IMG/VR virus record: IMGVR_UViG_3300021476_000423
Location: 42,908-106,907 of that record
Length of the DNA: 64,000 nt
Origin: a virus
Reading direction: 5' to 3' (one strand)
Shown in pieces: positions 18,506 through 27,918 of the stretch. Below the pieces are notes generated by a model that saw nothing but the letters and a program-made list of their open reading frames with translations, was not told the origin of the DNA and did no database searches. Position 1 is the first letter of the stretch. Every line of letters starts with the position of its first letter. Both the position numbers and the translations under genes were made by a program.

Positions 18506-21500
18506 CTATGGAGCAACGAATGGGAAATGCGTTCCATAAACCCTTCTTTGGGTTGGATTGTAATTGATGGCTGTATTGGGATTGTTGGTTTGGGCATTCT
18601 GAATGGATTGTGTATGAGTAGGGTCAGACTGATATGAATAATTAATGTAGGCCGTGTAAGTTACATTTGAAGGATTAGTCGTAGTTTTTTCAGGAGGGTG
18701 ATGCGTATTATCGGGCACTACTGTTCCATCATCTATGACTTCTGTTGCGGTAACTCCTGAAGCGAGCAAATCGAAAGTATTTCTCTGTCCTTCATCCAAA
18801 TTTCCCAAGCCACCCCAAGTAGATTGGGTGCTTCTGTAGACGTTGTAACTTTGTGCATAGGGAATAATCGGCCATCGGATTTCAACCTGCTGTGGAGCGA
18901 GAGGTTCGGGAGTTGTATTGGCATCGGGTTGACCCGTTACTCCTGCATTATTGCCAGTGAATATCGTTCCTGCTTGAGAGCCATCTGATTCATTGCCTTC
19001 AGGATTGAGTGCCGTCACAATATACCAGTATTGTTCTCCTGCAACAAGATTAGCCCCTAATGCCGCAGAACCAGTGTAAACCACATTGAGACCATTTACT
19101 TCTGTTAGATTTGAAGTATCAAATGGTTGAGTATCAGCAGTGAATGGAAGTGCTGTAACAAGAGTGTAAGTAACAACACCGCCAAGAATAGACCAACTTG
19201 CTCCTGCACCACCACCTGCTACCGAATTGCCATTCCATGTCATATCAAGAATGCTGGCGTAGGTATCTCCCGGCCCTTCATTGGCAACATAAGCATTGTA
19301 AGAGACTGCGCCCGGAACAACAGCAAACTTACCGTGAACCGGAAAACCAATGGTTGCGCCCTTTGCTGGATTAGAGCGTCCTGTCATCGCAAACTCATAG
19401 CCAGCCGCATCGACAGCCGTAAAGATAAAGAAAGTGGATACATTGAATGGGACTCCTGACCCACCATCAGCAACAGGAGAAGGAAGAGTGCTCATCAGAG
19501 GGTCGGGACACCAAGCATTTGCGGCTGTATTGCGAAGAATTATCTCATACTTCCCTGATAAACCATCAAGTAATTGTGCCGAAGCACCCGTATAGAGGGG
19601 CGAAGCGTGAGATTTGGACAGGAGAGAGAGGATGTTGGCTAATTGATTAGCACCAAGAATACTATCGTAAATGGTCAAACCGTCTGGTTGGAGGACTGTG
19701 AGCCATACGTCATTCTGAGCAGTGCCACCCAAAGCCGAATCAACTTCCACTCCAAACTGATAGATGAGAACATCATCGGCCTTCACACTGAGCAATTTAT
19801 TCATACTATTGTAAATTGAGATGTTTGCATTGTTTGGAATTTCTTGTGCCCATATCGGGATGTCAGTATGTTGAAAGTCGGGGTTGACATTATCCATACT
19901 TCCTGTGTCATTTACCGAAATGGTGAGAGGACTGTTCCTGTTAGTAATGAAATCTCCGCCACCCTGATGGACTGATGCGCCCGTCTGCTGTTGATTCTTT
20001 CCTATCACCGATTTGTCAGAAGGAGCCACTGACGTATACATAGATTGCATGGCTCCGGCATTGCTACCCTTCTGTGAGGTAGGGTCGTAATTGTTTGCCC
20101 AAGTTGTTCCAAGTGGAACATTGAGAACAGGGAAGGTTAATATGATAGAAATGTCTTCGCCATTGTCGGCATCCCATTTGATGTTGATAGTCTTGACTCT
20201 AGCAGTGAATCCAACCGAAATGAGAGCACCCGTCGATGAGTCGTAACTGCCGCCAAGTAGATTACCATTGCTATCTTCCATTACTCCTTGAAGACTTGGA
20301 GCATTGATAAGGATGTAATCGCCGGGATAGAGAACGTGAGAACTAGCATAGGTATAGTCGGGTTTCAACTCAATGTTAGGAATGGGGTGCTGGAAGAAGC
20401 CGATGCTCGTCCCAACATATCTCTGAATCTCACCGGGGTCTACCACATTGGCTAGGGTTTGATTAGTCTGCTTCAGTCCATATTCGGCAATGCTTCTCTG
20501 ATTCTCGATTGGTGTGGCCACAACATCTGACCCTTGGAAACTACCACCAGTAAGCACCCAACTGTTGTTCATCGAAACATAGTCATAGGTGGGTTTGATT
20601 GAAACAATGTTATCTCCTTCAGAATAGACTATCGTATCGACTGGTAAATAACCATTGGTAACACCAAATTCAACATAATCCATCGGATACAAAAGATTGG
20701 CAGGTAGAGTTCCGGCGGGGTCTAATGAGTTGTCTCCCAAGTGGATTCCTGACCTGTTCTGACCATTTCCCAATTTGCTATGGATAGGGTCGAAAAGCAT
20801 CACTGTAAGAGTAGGTAAGGTCTTCGGATAGAGGCCCGCAGGTGAAGAGGTCAACTCAACAATCTCTCCTGCGTAGTGTGTATTGGCTGAATTTGGAGCA
20901 ACTGTAATAGTGAGAGTGTTAGGAAACACTCCTGTAATCGTAAAGGTTTCTTGCGTTCCAAGACCCGCACCAATGTAAATCATCTGACCATCAGCAAATC
21001 CATCAGTTGAGGTAACATGGAAAGTGCTTGACCCCGGCCCCGCAGTTGCCGTTAGGGTGGTAGCCACAAAACCGGGGATTGGGAAATCGCCGATGTCCAT
21101 TCTGTATTCGGCAAGAAAAGGTGCTCCACCCTGCCCATTGAAGAGAGCCGAAGTCACCAATCTATCGATTACTGCCGATATGTTTTGATACTGAACATTC
21201 ATATTGTCGTTAACTACCACTTGGTCAAAATCAGTGAAAGTGGAGAAGTTTGAAACATTGGCGTTGGCTGTGCCATAAGGTGTGACATTGGCCAATCTCA
21301 AAGGCGGCAAGTGTCCAGTCGAATAGGACTCTTGGAAGGCATTTGAGAGAATGAGTGTCCAAATCTCTCCAAACCGAAGATTGAGATTGGGATTCAGGTA
21401 GACCAGATAGGGATTGGTGTTGGGCTGAAGTGGCGGAGGTGACTTGCCAGCAATCTGAAAGAGCCGAGTTTGAAGCATATAGAAAAGGCTGTTGATGTCA

Positions 21501-21826
21501 ACCATCGTGAGCAAACCACCATCTGCCTCAACCTGATAGGTGGGATTTGTGGTCATACCTCTGGCTTTGAGTGTGAGACTACCATCAGAGTTCACTCTGT
21601 AAAAATAAACCTCTCTGGCGGCAGGAATCCTCAGAATTCCTGCAATCGTCAAAGTTGCACTATCGTCAGAAGGAGCGATGTTTCGAGAGAATGAAATGTT
21701 CTTCAGAGATGCCTGTTGTGGATTGTTCATGCTATCCTTGTAAAGAAAGAAAGAACCTGTAGGAAGGGAAGAATAGGCAGAGATAATCGAGTCGAAAGTG
21801 ACCAAATAGTTGATGTTAGTGCTCAT
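18506..21826 (-). CDS. Baseplate hub/tail tip protein with FN3-like C-terminal domains
   Basis: Directly follows the tape measure; SIAEYGL, LYPGD, YWYIVTA..GNES, SYNVYRS. Confidence 0.7.
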   Translation of the reverse strand: MSTNINYLVTFDSIISAYSSLPTGSFFLYKDSMNNPQQASLKNISFSRNIAPSDDSATLTIAGILRIPAAREVYFYRVNSDGSLTLKARGMTTNPTYQVEADGGLLTMVDINSLFYMLQTRLFQIAGKSPPPLQPNTNPYLVYLNPNLNLRFGEIWTLILSNAFQESYSTGHLPPLRLANVTPYGTANANVSNFSTFTDFDQVVVNDNMNVQYQNISAVIDRLVTSALFNGQGGAPFLAEYRMDIGDFPIPGFVATTLTATAGPGSSTFHVTSTDGFADGQMIYIGAGLGTQETFTITGVFPNTLTITVAPNSANTHYAGEIVELTSSPAGLYPKTLPTLTVMLFDPIHSKLGNGQNRSGIHLGDNSLDPAGTLPANLLYPMDYVEFGVTNGYLPVDTIVYSEGDNIVSIKPTYDYVSMNNSWVLTGGSFQGSDVVATPIENQRSIAEYGLKQTNQTLANVVDPGEIQRYVGTSIGFFQHPIPNIELKPDYTYASSHVLYPGDYILINAPSLQGVMEDSNGNLLGGSYDSSTGALISVGFTARVKTINIKWDADNGEDISIILTFPVLNVPLGTTWANNYDPTSQKGSNAGAMQSMYTSVAPSDKSVIGKNQQQTGASVHQGGGDFITNRNSPLTISVNDTGSMDNVNPDFQHTDIPIWAQEIPNNANISIYNSMNKLLSVKADDVLIYQFGVEVDSALGGTAQNDVWLTVLQPDGLTIYDSILGANQLANILSLLSKSHASPLYTGASAQLLDGLSGKYEIILRNTAANAWCPDPLMSTLPSPVADGGSGVPFNVSTFFIFTAVDAAGYEFAMTGRSNPAKGATIGFPVHGKFAVVPGAVSYNAYVANEGPGDTYASILDMTWNGNSVAGGGAGASWSILGGVVTYTLVTALPFTADTQPFDTSNLTEVNGLNVVYTGSAALGANLVAGEQYWYIVTALNPEGNESDGSQAGTIFTGNNAGVTGQPDANTTPEPLAPQQVEIRWPIIPYAQSYNVYRSTQSTWGGLGNLDEGQRNTFDLLASGVTATEVIDDGTVVPDNTHHPPEKTTTNPSNVTYTAYINYSYQSDPTHTQSIQNAQTNNPNTAINYNPTQRRVYGTHFPFVAP

Positions 21827-22719
21827 TAACCGTAAACACCTCTTGACTTCTGAGCCTGATAGAAGGTCTTAGCCAAGGCATTTTGGACTTCTTGTCTCAC
21901 CTTTGCCAAATCCACATCGCTTGTCGCATGAATGTGAATCTCAACCTTTGGAGCCGACCCTGCACCACCCATCATATTGTTGCCAGTTGCCGGAATGACG
22001 GTCTCACCCTGATGGACAATAGCCAATCCTGATTTGGCAACATATCCTCCCGCTTGATACCCTTTTGTGGTGGCCATCTGATAGGCAGTGATACCAAGAG
22101 TGGCAATTAGGCCCACTATAGGAATGGCCGCAAGTGCGGCTTTGGCCGCAGATTCTTCTGCGGAGATAGCCAAGGCTTGGATAGCAATTACCAAAACTAC
22201 CATCGCTTGCTCAAGTTGCGTAAATGAGGTGGCCATCGTTGCCAAATTCTTGGCAGTTGCCGTAGTGTAATCGAATTGGGCCACCAATTCGTTCTTCTTG
22301 GATTGAGTGTAAAGAGCACTTGTGTAGTTCAATGCCACAGTTGTTCGTTGAGCCTCAAGAGAATTCTTTCCATAGACCTGAGTAGCGACAGCATTTAAAG
22401 CGATGGCTTGGGTCATTCTATTCTGTGACGAAATGACGTTGATTTGGGCTTGATAGAGTGATACCAATTCATCCACGTTGTTGGCCGCAAGGTCAGCAGA
22501 TGCGGCATAGGCTTTCTGAAGATTACTAATGACATTCTGAAAAGCAGTAGCGGCGGCAGAAACCGCTTGGAAACTTCCGGGCAGTTTGGAAGCGGCATCT
22601 ATGAAATCAGTGACAGAGATTGCACCTGCTTCAAGTGCCAATTTCAAGTCTGCGAATCCTTGGGCTAACTTGACAATCTCTGCACTACTGAGAACAGATG
22701 GGCCTTCTGTTTGCGCCAT
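21826..22719 (-). CDS. Short tape measure protein
   Basis: Ala-rich helical, with TM segment and GYQAGG..GLAIVHQGETVIP motif; follows the chaperone. Confidence 0.7.
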   Translation of the reverse strand: MAQTEGPSVLSSAEIVKLAQGFADLKLALEAGAISVTDFIDAASKLPGSFQAVSAAATAFQNVISNLQKAYAASADLAANNVDELVSLYQAQINVISSQNRMTQAIALNAVATQVYGKNSLEAQRTTVALNYTSALYTQSKKNELVAQFDYTTATAKNLATMATSFTQLEQAMVVLVIAIQALAISAEESAAKAALAAIPIVGLIATLGITAYQMATTKGYQAGGYVAKSGLAIVHQGETVIPATGNNMMGGAGSAPKVEIHIHATSDVDLAKVRQEVQNALAKTFYQAQKSRGVYG

Positions 22720-22733
22720 TACACCTTATATAG

Positions 22734-23024
22734 TCAACCTGCCGCTTTTAAGCCTTGTGTCGCTTCATTGAGTTTCTGCTTTGCCGCCTCAAGTTTTTTA
22801 GCCTCATATTCCACGGCAAAATCATGTGCCAATAGAAGGGCTTTCACTTCTCTGTCAGCCATCTTTAAAGCCTCATCTCTAGGAACGCCTAGAGTGTCTT
22901 GTAGAGTCTTTAGTATCTCATAACGATGATACCTTACGAGAAGGTCTTTGACTTCGTTTACGATGTCTTGGTTTCTGACCGTCGAGACCCCTGTGATTGC
23001 GACCTCTTTAAGAGCGATAAAAAA
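22734..23024 (-). CDS. -1 frameshift extension of tail assembly chaperone (gpGT-like)
   Basis: Slippery T TTT TTA at 23018-23024; the -1 frame stays open about 95 codons to TGA at 22734. Confidence 0.75.
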   Translation of the reverse strand, partial: FFIALKEVAITGVSTVRNQDIVNEVKDLLVRYHRYEILKTLQDTLGVPRDEALKMADREVKALLLAHDFAVEYEAKKLEAAKQKLNEATQGLKAAG

Positions 23025-23275
23025 GCGGGTTCCATCTGATTGAACCTGTTGATTTCGTAGTAGAGATGAAGAACGGTCTCTCTGTCGGCTTGCTTGACGA
23101 CATCTATCGACTCAAACTTGGGGTCGGCAACGCCATAAAAAACCATCGCCACTTGCGACTCTGCGGGCGATGTGGCTTTTGCAACTAGGTCATCTACAAC
23201 TGCACCTTCCTCAAAGTTGAACCGTTTGATGGTGTAGGTCTTACCTCTGACTTCAATCTTCTTGGTTTCAGTCAT
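22958..23275 (-). CDS. Tail assembly chaperone (gpG-like)
   Basis: IEVRGKTYTIK start; between tail tube and tape measure. Confidence 0.75.
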   Translation of the reverse strand: MTETKKIEVRGKTYTIKRFNFEEGAVVDDLVAKATSPAESQVAMVFYGVADPKFESIDVVKQADRETVLHLYYEINRFNQMEPAFLSLLKRSQSQGSRRSETKTS

Positions 23276-23309
23276 CAGACTGAAATAGTCAAACCACCTT
23301 TATAAATGT

Positions 23310-23600
23310 TCAGGTAGTTCGATGATACTTCTCATCTTCCCTTAGTTGCCTAACTTCCCATGCGGCAGTGCCGGGAGTAGAAGAATCTAGCCAGCCCGGA
23401 TATGTCTCACTGTAGGACTTTCCCTCAGAAGGAGTCCATGTTCTCTCTTGAATGAGATAGGCGATTGTGCTTACTGTAGCGATGACAGCAAGGATGCCGA
23501 AGATGTCGAAGTCAATCAAGGCTCCTATCCACAGAAGCCCCGTTATCCCGTATCCGACGATTCTTCCAATCATGTTTTTCTCACCATCGGCTGATAGCAT
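23310..23600 (-). CDS. Small 2-TM protein inserted in the tail cluster
   Basis: Two hydrophobic segments; start uncertain. Confidence 0.5.
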   Translation of the reverse strand: MLSADGEKNMIGRIVGYGITGLLWIGALIDFDIFGILAVIATVSTIAYLIQERTWTPSEGKSYSETYPGWLDSSTPGTAAWEVRQLREDEKYHRTT

Positions 23601-23642
23601 AGCAAAAGAACCTTATACGTCTTCCTGCCGAAATCCTGAAGT

Positions 23643-24566
23643 TTATGTGTGCACTGAGGCTCCTTGCGCCGTCCAAGGAAGTTCGAGAGCCACTAGGTCA
23701 GTGATACGAGTATCCAAGTCAATCTTGGGTAGTTTGGCTGAAGTGTAATCCAAATAGAAACTGGTTGGCCCTGACGCATTGGTTCCAAGCAAAAGACGGA
23801 TAATCTGGCCCGTCAGACCTGATGGGTCGGTCTCGGTATCGGTGTAAGCGGTCGTGTAAGGAATGTTGCTCTCATTCGGATAATCACTCAATTGGGCAAA
23901 CGTGGCGGTCAACGACCCTTCTGCCTTTCTCAGTAGAGTGGGTATCGACCTGATGACATCCGTTCCAAATTGCGGCACTCGCTGAAGATTGTTGGTGATA
24001 GAACCAGTGAAAGTGAGAGTTTGTGGTTGTGGCACTCCACTAGGGATTTGCACACTCTCTTGTGAGAAGAAGAATGGGACATTGCCGGGGTCACTAGCAT
24101 AGGAAACGCCAGCAGGATTGCCAAGCAAAATGTTCTGACACCAATAGGCCACTTCAACTGACATAGCCTGACCTGTCTTTCCCGAAATAGTGACTGTGTT
24201 GGGCATCGCACCAGTGACCGTCCATAATGCTCCTGTATCATAATCCTTGATGATGAAAGAGTGAGAGACAGCACTGGCCGTGCCAATGTTGTTGATTACG
24301 TCAGTCAGAAGATTGATGTCCTGTGGAAAGTAAGTAACCGTAAAGTCCACATTTCTCTGCCCCTTCAGAATGTAGGCAGGAAAATCGGTGCTACCATCCA
24401 TCCTGTAGACCAGAATGGGATTCTTGTCAATCACACCATGAAACTCCTGCACATCGCCAACCCAATTGTAGGGAACACCAGTAGGAGCCACACCATAAAT
24501 TGTCTCCGGCTTCCAATTGACTGCGGCTCTCCAACCTGAAGCAATCGTGGGGAAAGTTGTCGGCAT
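23643..24566 (-). CDS. Tail tube (major tail) protein
   Basis: ETIYGVAP start, SITNNL, beta-rich 307 aa; upstream of chaperone and tape measure. Confidence 0.75.
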   Translation of the reverse strand: MPTTFPTIASGWRAAVNWKPETIYGVAPTGVPYNWVGDVQEFHGVIDKNPILVYRMDGSTDFPAYILKGQRNVDFTVTYFPQDINLLTDVINNIGTASAVSHSFIIKDYDTGALWTVTGAMPNTVTISGKTGQAMSVEVAYWCQNILLGNPAGVSYASDPGNVPFFFSQESVQIPSGVPQPQTLTFTGSITNNLQRVPQFGTDVIRSIPTLLRKAEGSLTATFAQLSDYPNESNIPYTTAYTDTETDPSGLTGQIIRLLLGTNASGPTSFYLDYTSAKLPKIDLDTRITDLVALELPWTAQGASVHT

Positions 24567-24590
24567 ACTGAGATAGTAAGGGTTACAGCA

Positions 24591-24599
24591 CTATTTAAA
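24591..24599 (-). promoter_or_regulatory. Representative structural-class TATA box (YTTAAATAS, 24 nt before a leaderless ATG)
   Basis: Same motif and similar spacing at 2547, 6940, 25916, 32843, 39008, 40412, 41494, 43045, 52643, 58381, 59139, 62568. Confidence 0.8.
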
Positions 24600-24601
24600 G
24601 C

Positions 24602-25054
24602 CTACAGCACCAAAGTCATGAGCCATCCATCTTCAACCGGATTTTTGTAGTAACCGGGGATAGAGAGATTGGCCGCATATCCCATCTTGTTATACATGGC
24701 AATAGCAGAAACGTTACTCTTCCGAACTTGGAGTCCGGCCATCGGAATGTTCTTGGCTCGCATCGCATAGTGCGCCCGTTTCATCAACTCTTCTCCGATA
24801 CCAAGCCCACGATAGTCTTTGTCTACAGCCACCGAAATGATGAGACCAGTCCTGATGTTATTGACAATCTCTATACGGCAGAGCACATAGCCCATCACTT
24901 GGCCATCTACTTTGGCCACGAAGAACATATCCCCAAACTGATTGAGATGGAGCGTCCAAAATTGGGGCGAATAAGTCTCCGGCATACTTGCTTCGTTGAT
25001 TTTCATGCAAACCGCGATGTCGGCTCTTGCGGCTTGGGTAATGAGAAAACTCAT
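24602..25054 (-). CDS. Ard1/RimI-type N-terminal acetyltransferase
   Basis: SMPETY, FFVA, IISVAV..YRGLGIG, LQVRKSN, GYY..EDG. Confidence 0.88.
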   Translation of the reverse strand: MSFLITQAARADIAVCMKINEASMPETYSPQFWTLHLNQFGDMFFVAKVDGQVMGYVLCRIEIVNNIRTGLIISVAVDKDYRGLGIGEELMKRAHYAMRAKNIPMAGLQVRKSNVSAIAMYNKMGYAANLSIPGYYKNPVEDGWLMTLVL

Positions 25055-25758
25055 GTTGACAATACCTCTCTGATTTCTTTAGCCTTCTTCTCCCCTATAC
25101 GTCTTCCGCTTGCTAACTTAACCTCTGCTATCTTGGTCTCACTTGTGGCGGCAATTCCGTAGATGGTGCTAAATTCTTTGAGAAGAGCCTTGGCTGTAGC
25201 AGGGCCAAAGGCTTCAAGAAAGTATTCTTTCTTTTTGGCCGTATCCCAATCCTTTCGGAAACCGCCCCTTTCGGGAAACTCTTTGTGTTCTTTCGGCTTG
25301 CCCAACTTGGTGTTCTCGTAAGAGAGATAGAGAGCCGTATCCTGCTTATCTACAGTGATGACGAGACCCACCTTGAAGGCTCGGAAGGCCGTCAAAGCCT
25401 CATAGAAGGCTATCTTACGCTCTGGATGCAAATCCATCCACTGCTTCAACGATACCCACTTCTTGACTGACCAATCCCAAAATCCCTGCCCCTCAAGAAT
25501 GACGAATGGCTCATAACCATTGGCAATGTTGTCAGAAAGAGTCTTCAGTTGCTCGAAAATGCGGCGGTCGATGACGGATGCGATGAAGTCTCTGAGTTCC
25601 TTTCGTTCATACATCCGATTGACCTCTAAACCATTGACAACGGCATCCGTTCCCAACTCCTCTGGTTTGGCCACTTGCGTATCGGGCGGAAGCCATTCCT
25701 TTAGAGTCTCGAACTCTTGTTTGTTGACTGTAAGCACATTCATGGAATTCGGCAACAA
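25051..25758 (-). CDS. Short XPF/ERCC4 structure-specific nuclease with HhH domain
   Basis: ERKELRDFIAS..DRRIFEQ, VILEG, FGPATA and IGEKKA HhH motifs; real start may be ATG 25743. Confidence 0.85.
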   Translation of the reverse strand: MLPNSMNVLTVNKQEFETLKEWLPPDTQVAKPEELGTDAVVNGLEVNRMYERKELRDFIASVIDRRIFEQLKTLSDNIANGYEPFVILEGQGFWDWSVKKWVSLKQWMDLHPERKIAFYEALTAFRAFKVGLVITVDKQDTALYLSYENTKLGKPKEHKEFPERGGFRKDWDTAKKKEYFLEAFGPATAKALLKEFSTIYGIAATSETKIAEVKLASGRRIGEKKAKEIREVLST

Positions 25759-25793
25759 CCTTTATATAGATTGTGGTTCAACCATAAGAAACA

Positions 25794-25946
25794 ATGGTTG
25801 ACAAAATCTATTGCGAAGACTGCCTAGCCTACTTTGAGGATGTGGGTCTACGACAACACCAAAAAGAAGACCGAGCAATGGGTATTCCAAAGAGGAAGAA
25901 ATTTTTGCCTCAATCCTTAAATAGCGTTGAGAAGAAGGCTTCGTAG
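25794..25946 (+). CDS. 50-aa Zn-finger-like microprotein (not in ORF track)
   Basis: MVDKIYCEDC...LRQH; TTTATATA about 25 nt upstream. Confidence 0.5.
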   Translation: MVDKIYCEDCLAYFEDVGLRQHQKEDRAMGIPKRKKFLPQSLNSVEKKAS

Positions 25947-25948
25947 CG

Positions 25949-26230
25949 ATGCCAGACAATAATATCTTCGGTTCAGACGACCATTCATGTTGGGGTAAAG
26001 CAAGAGCCATCCAAAAGAGACTTGGCATAATGCTTGGTCTGGATAGCCACGATGTCATTTCTGAAATGTGCCGATTGTGGGGCACAGCCAATGCCGATGA
26101 GTTCTACGAGAGAATGAATGGCATGAGTGATGCTGAACTTCAAGCGGCTGTAGATGCCGCATGGGATAAAGTCAAGAGACGAAAGAGACTCATGAAGCAA
26201 GTCATCGAAGTCAATGCGGGGATAGCCTAA
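25949..26230 (+). CDS. Hypothetical protein
   Basis: CTTAAATAG exactly 24 nt upstream of the ATG. Confidence 0.6.
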   Translation: MPDNNIFGSDDHSCWGKARAIQKRLGIMLGLDSHDVISEMCRLWGTANADEFYERMNGMSDAELQAAVDAAWDKVKRRKRLMKQVIEVNAGIA

Positions 26231-26920
26231 TTGCCATCGCACAAACCCACTAAAGCCGAACTCGACATCATACTAAGGCTCATGAGAGCCAACAGCACAG
26301 AAATCATGGAATGGTCGCAAATCTACATGGTTTTTCACTTGATGGAAAATGAAGAAGGCGTAGATACGGAAGCCATGAAATACAACAAAGCCGCACTTGT
26401 TCAGCAATTCAATGAGATACTTCGCAAGAACGTGCCGCCAATCGAGAAGAGAGCCAAAACCTTCCAAGAATTGAAAGAAGGAGACTTCAAAGAGGCCATC
26501 CGAGCAGACCCTCTACTCCATGTCTTCCGTAAGACCGACTACATCTATCATGTAACTCGACCTAGTATCGAAGAGAAAGAACACTCGATTGCTGACCTGC
26601 TCTTTGACTATCCACAGAATGCAGACAATCGGTTCACTCTCATCTGCACTCTTCCCGAATTAAGGGAACAGAATCTAGAGAATTGGGCCATTGTAGATGC
26701 CAATCCTGTCACTGAAGCCGTTGTCGAAGTAGATGAAGCAGGACAACCCAAGAAGAAGGTTCCTCATGGAGTCTATCGTATCTTCTGCTTCCGATGTGGC
26801 GAATTCTTCCTATACGAATTAAATGAGGGGGGGAATGTGGAGCAGATTGCTTGCGACAAGTGCAATTCTGTCATCATAGAACGAAGAGGCCGAAAGATGA
26901 CTACGACATCAACTGAGTGA
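26231..26920 (+). CDS. Hypothetical protein with C-terminal Zn ribbon
   Basis: CFRCG...CDKC. Confidence 0.6.
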   Translation: MPSHKPTKAELDIILRLMRANSTEIMEWSQIYMVFHLMENEEGVDTEAMKYNKAALVQQFNEILRKNVPPIEKRAKTFQELKEGDFKEAIRADPLLHVFRKTDYIYHVTRPSIEEKEHSIADLLFDYPQNADNRFTLICTLPELREQNLENWAIVDANPVTEAVVEVDEAGQPKKKVPHGVYRIFCFRCGEFFLYELNEGGNVEQIACDKCNSVIIERRGRKMTTTSTE

Positions 26921-27167
26921 CTATCTTCTCTTCTGTAACGTCTTTCAACTTCGCCAAAGCCATCAAATAGTGTCCAAATTCGTGTTTTATCTTCTCTTCG
27001 GTGGCTTTGTTTGTAATGCCGATATGCCAATCGGGATGGTCTGAGAAGTAGACTCCTACGCCGGGTGCTCTTACTGCCTTTGGCACTAGAATGACTTGGA
27101 TTGGTGGCACACCCCATTCATGTGCCAAGTCATCGACTATCTTCTGAGCCACTTTACGGGATAACAT
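26901..27167 (-). CDS. Minimal HExxH metallopeptidase-like protein
   Basis: GVY...IGI...KHEFGHYL...EE. Confidence 0.55.
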   Translation of the reverse strand: MLSRKVAQKIVDDLAHEWGVPPIQVILVPKAVRAPGVGVYFSDHPDWHIGITNKATEEKIKHEFGHYLMALAKLKDVTEEKIVTQLMS

Positions 27168-27918
27168 TAGGATAGGTCACTTCAAAAGCCGAGACAACGA
27201 AATATGGAGTGGTCAGACCATAATCGATAAAATCTCGTGCAAACTGACTCGTTCCTGTAAGGTCTATGTAATGGTATCCTGCTGTCATATTTATGGCTAT
27301 GTAGGGAATGACTGCTCCAACTGTAGTAAGTTGAGCATCATTGTCAAGAGGATGCCAATTGTAAACCAAGTAGACTTTGCTATCTATTGTGATGGTAAGA
27401 TTGACACCTTCCAACATTGAATGACCCGATATTAGAAAGTAAACGGTTCCTGCTTGTGTAAGAGAGAAAGTGTTGAAATATCCGGTGTCTGCCTCTTGAA
27501 AAGGCAGAACTTGGGTTATTGTGGATTCGGTTTGGGCCGTGGCTTGAACGGCTATATTGACTGACCATTCTTGAGCATTATTGAGAGTCATCCATTGGAG
27601 AGTGTCGGTAGCGGTATAAGGCAAATTGATGATATCATTGAAAGTATTTGGTAGACTTCCATCTCTATGAAGCGGAGTTATGACTCTAGCCACTTCGATA
27701 TTGCCATCCATAACAGAGATGATTCTATCGTAGGCATCGTAAGTGGAGTGTCCACTGATATCTACGAGAGTTCCCTTAGATGTGTTAGGAAGAATGGTTA
27801 CAATATGAGAGTTGCCAGACAGAATAGGGACTGAAGGAGCAATCAATAACATAGCCAAATAGAGTGTCAGCAAAACCAACGGAATTTTGAGTTTGATAGG
27901 TAATTTGGACAATCTCAT
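27154..27918 (-). CDS. Membrane-anchored/secreted beta-rich protein
   Basis: N-terminal hydrophobic helix; coupled to Lon. Confidence 0.6.
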   Translation of the reverse strand: MRLSKLPIKLKIPLVLLTLYLAMLLIAPSVPILSGNSHIVTILPNTSKGTLVDISGHSTYDAYDRIISVMDGNIEVARVITPLHRDGSLPNTFNDIINLPYTATDTLQWMTLNNAQEWSVNIAVQATAQTESTITQVLPFQEADTGYFNTFSLTQAGTVYFLISGHSMLEGVNLTITIDSKVYLVYNWHPLDNDAQLTTVGAVIPYIAINMTAGYHYIDLTGTSQFARDFIDYGLTTPYFVVSAFEVTYPNVIP

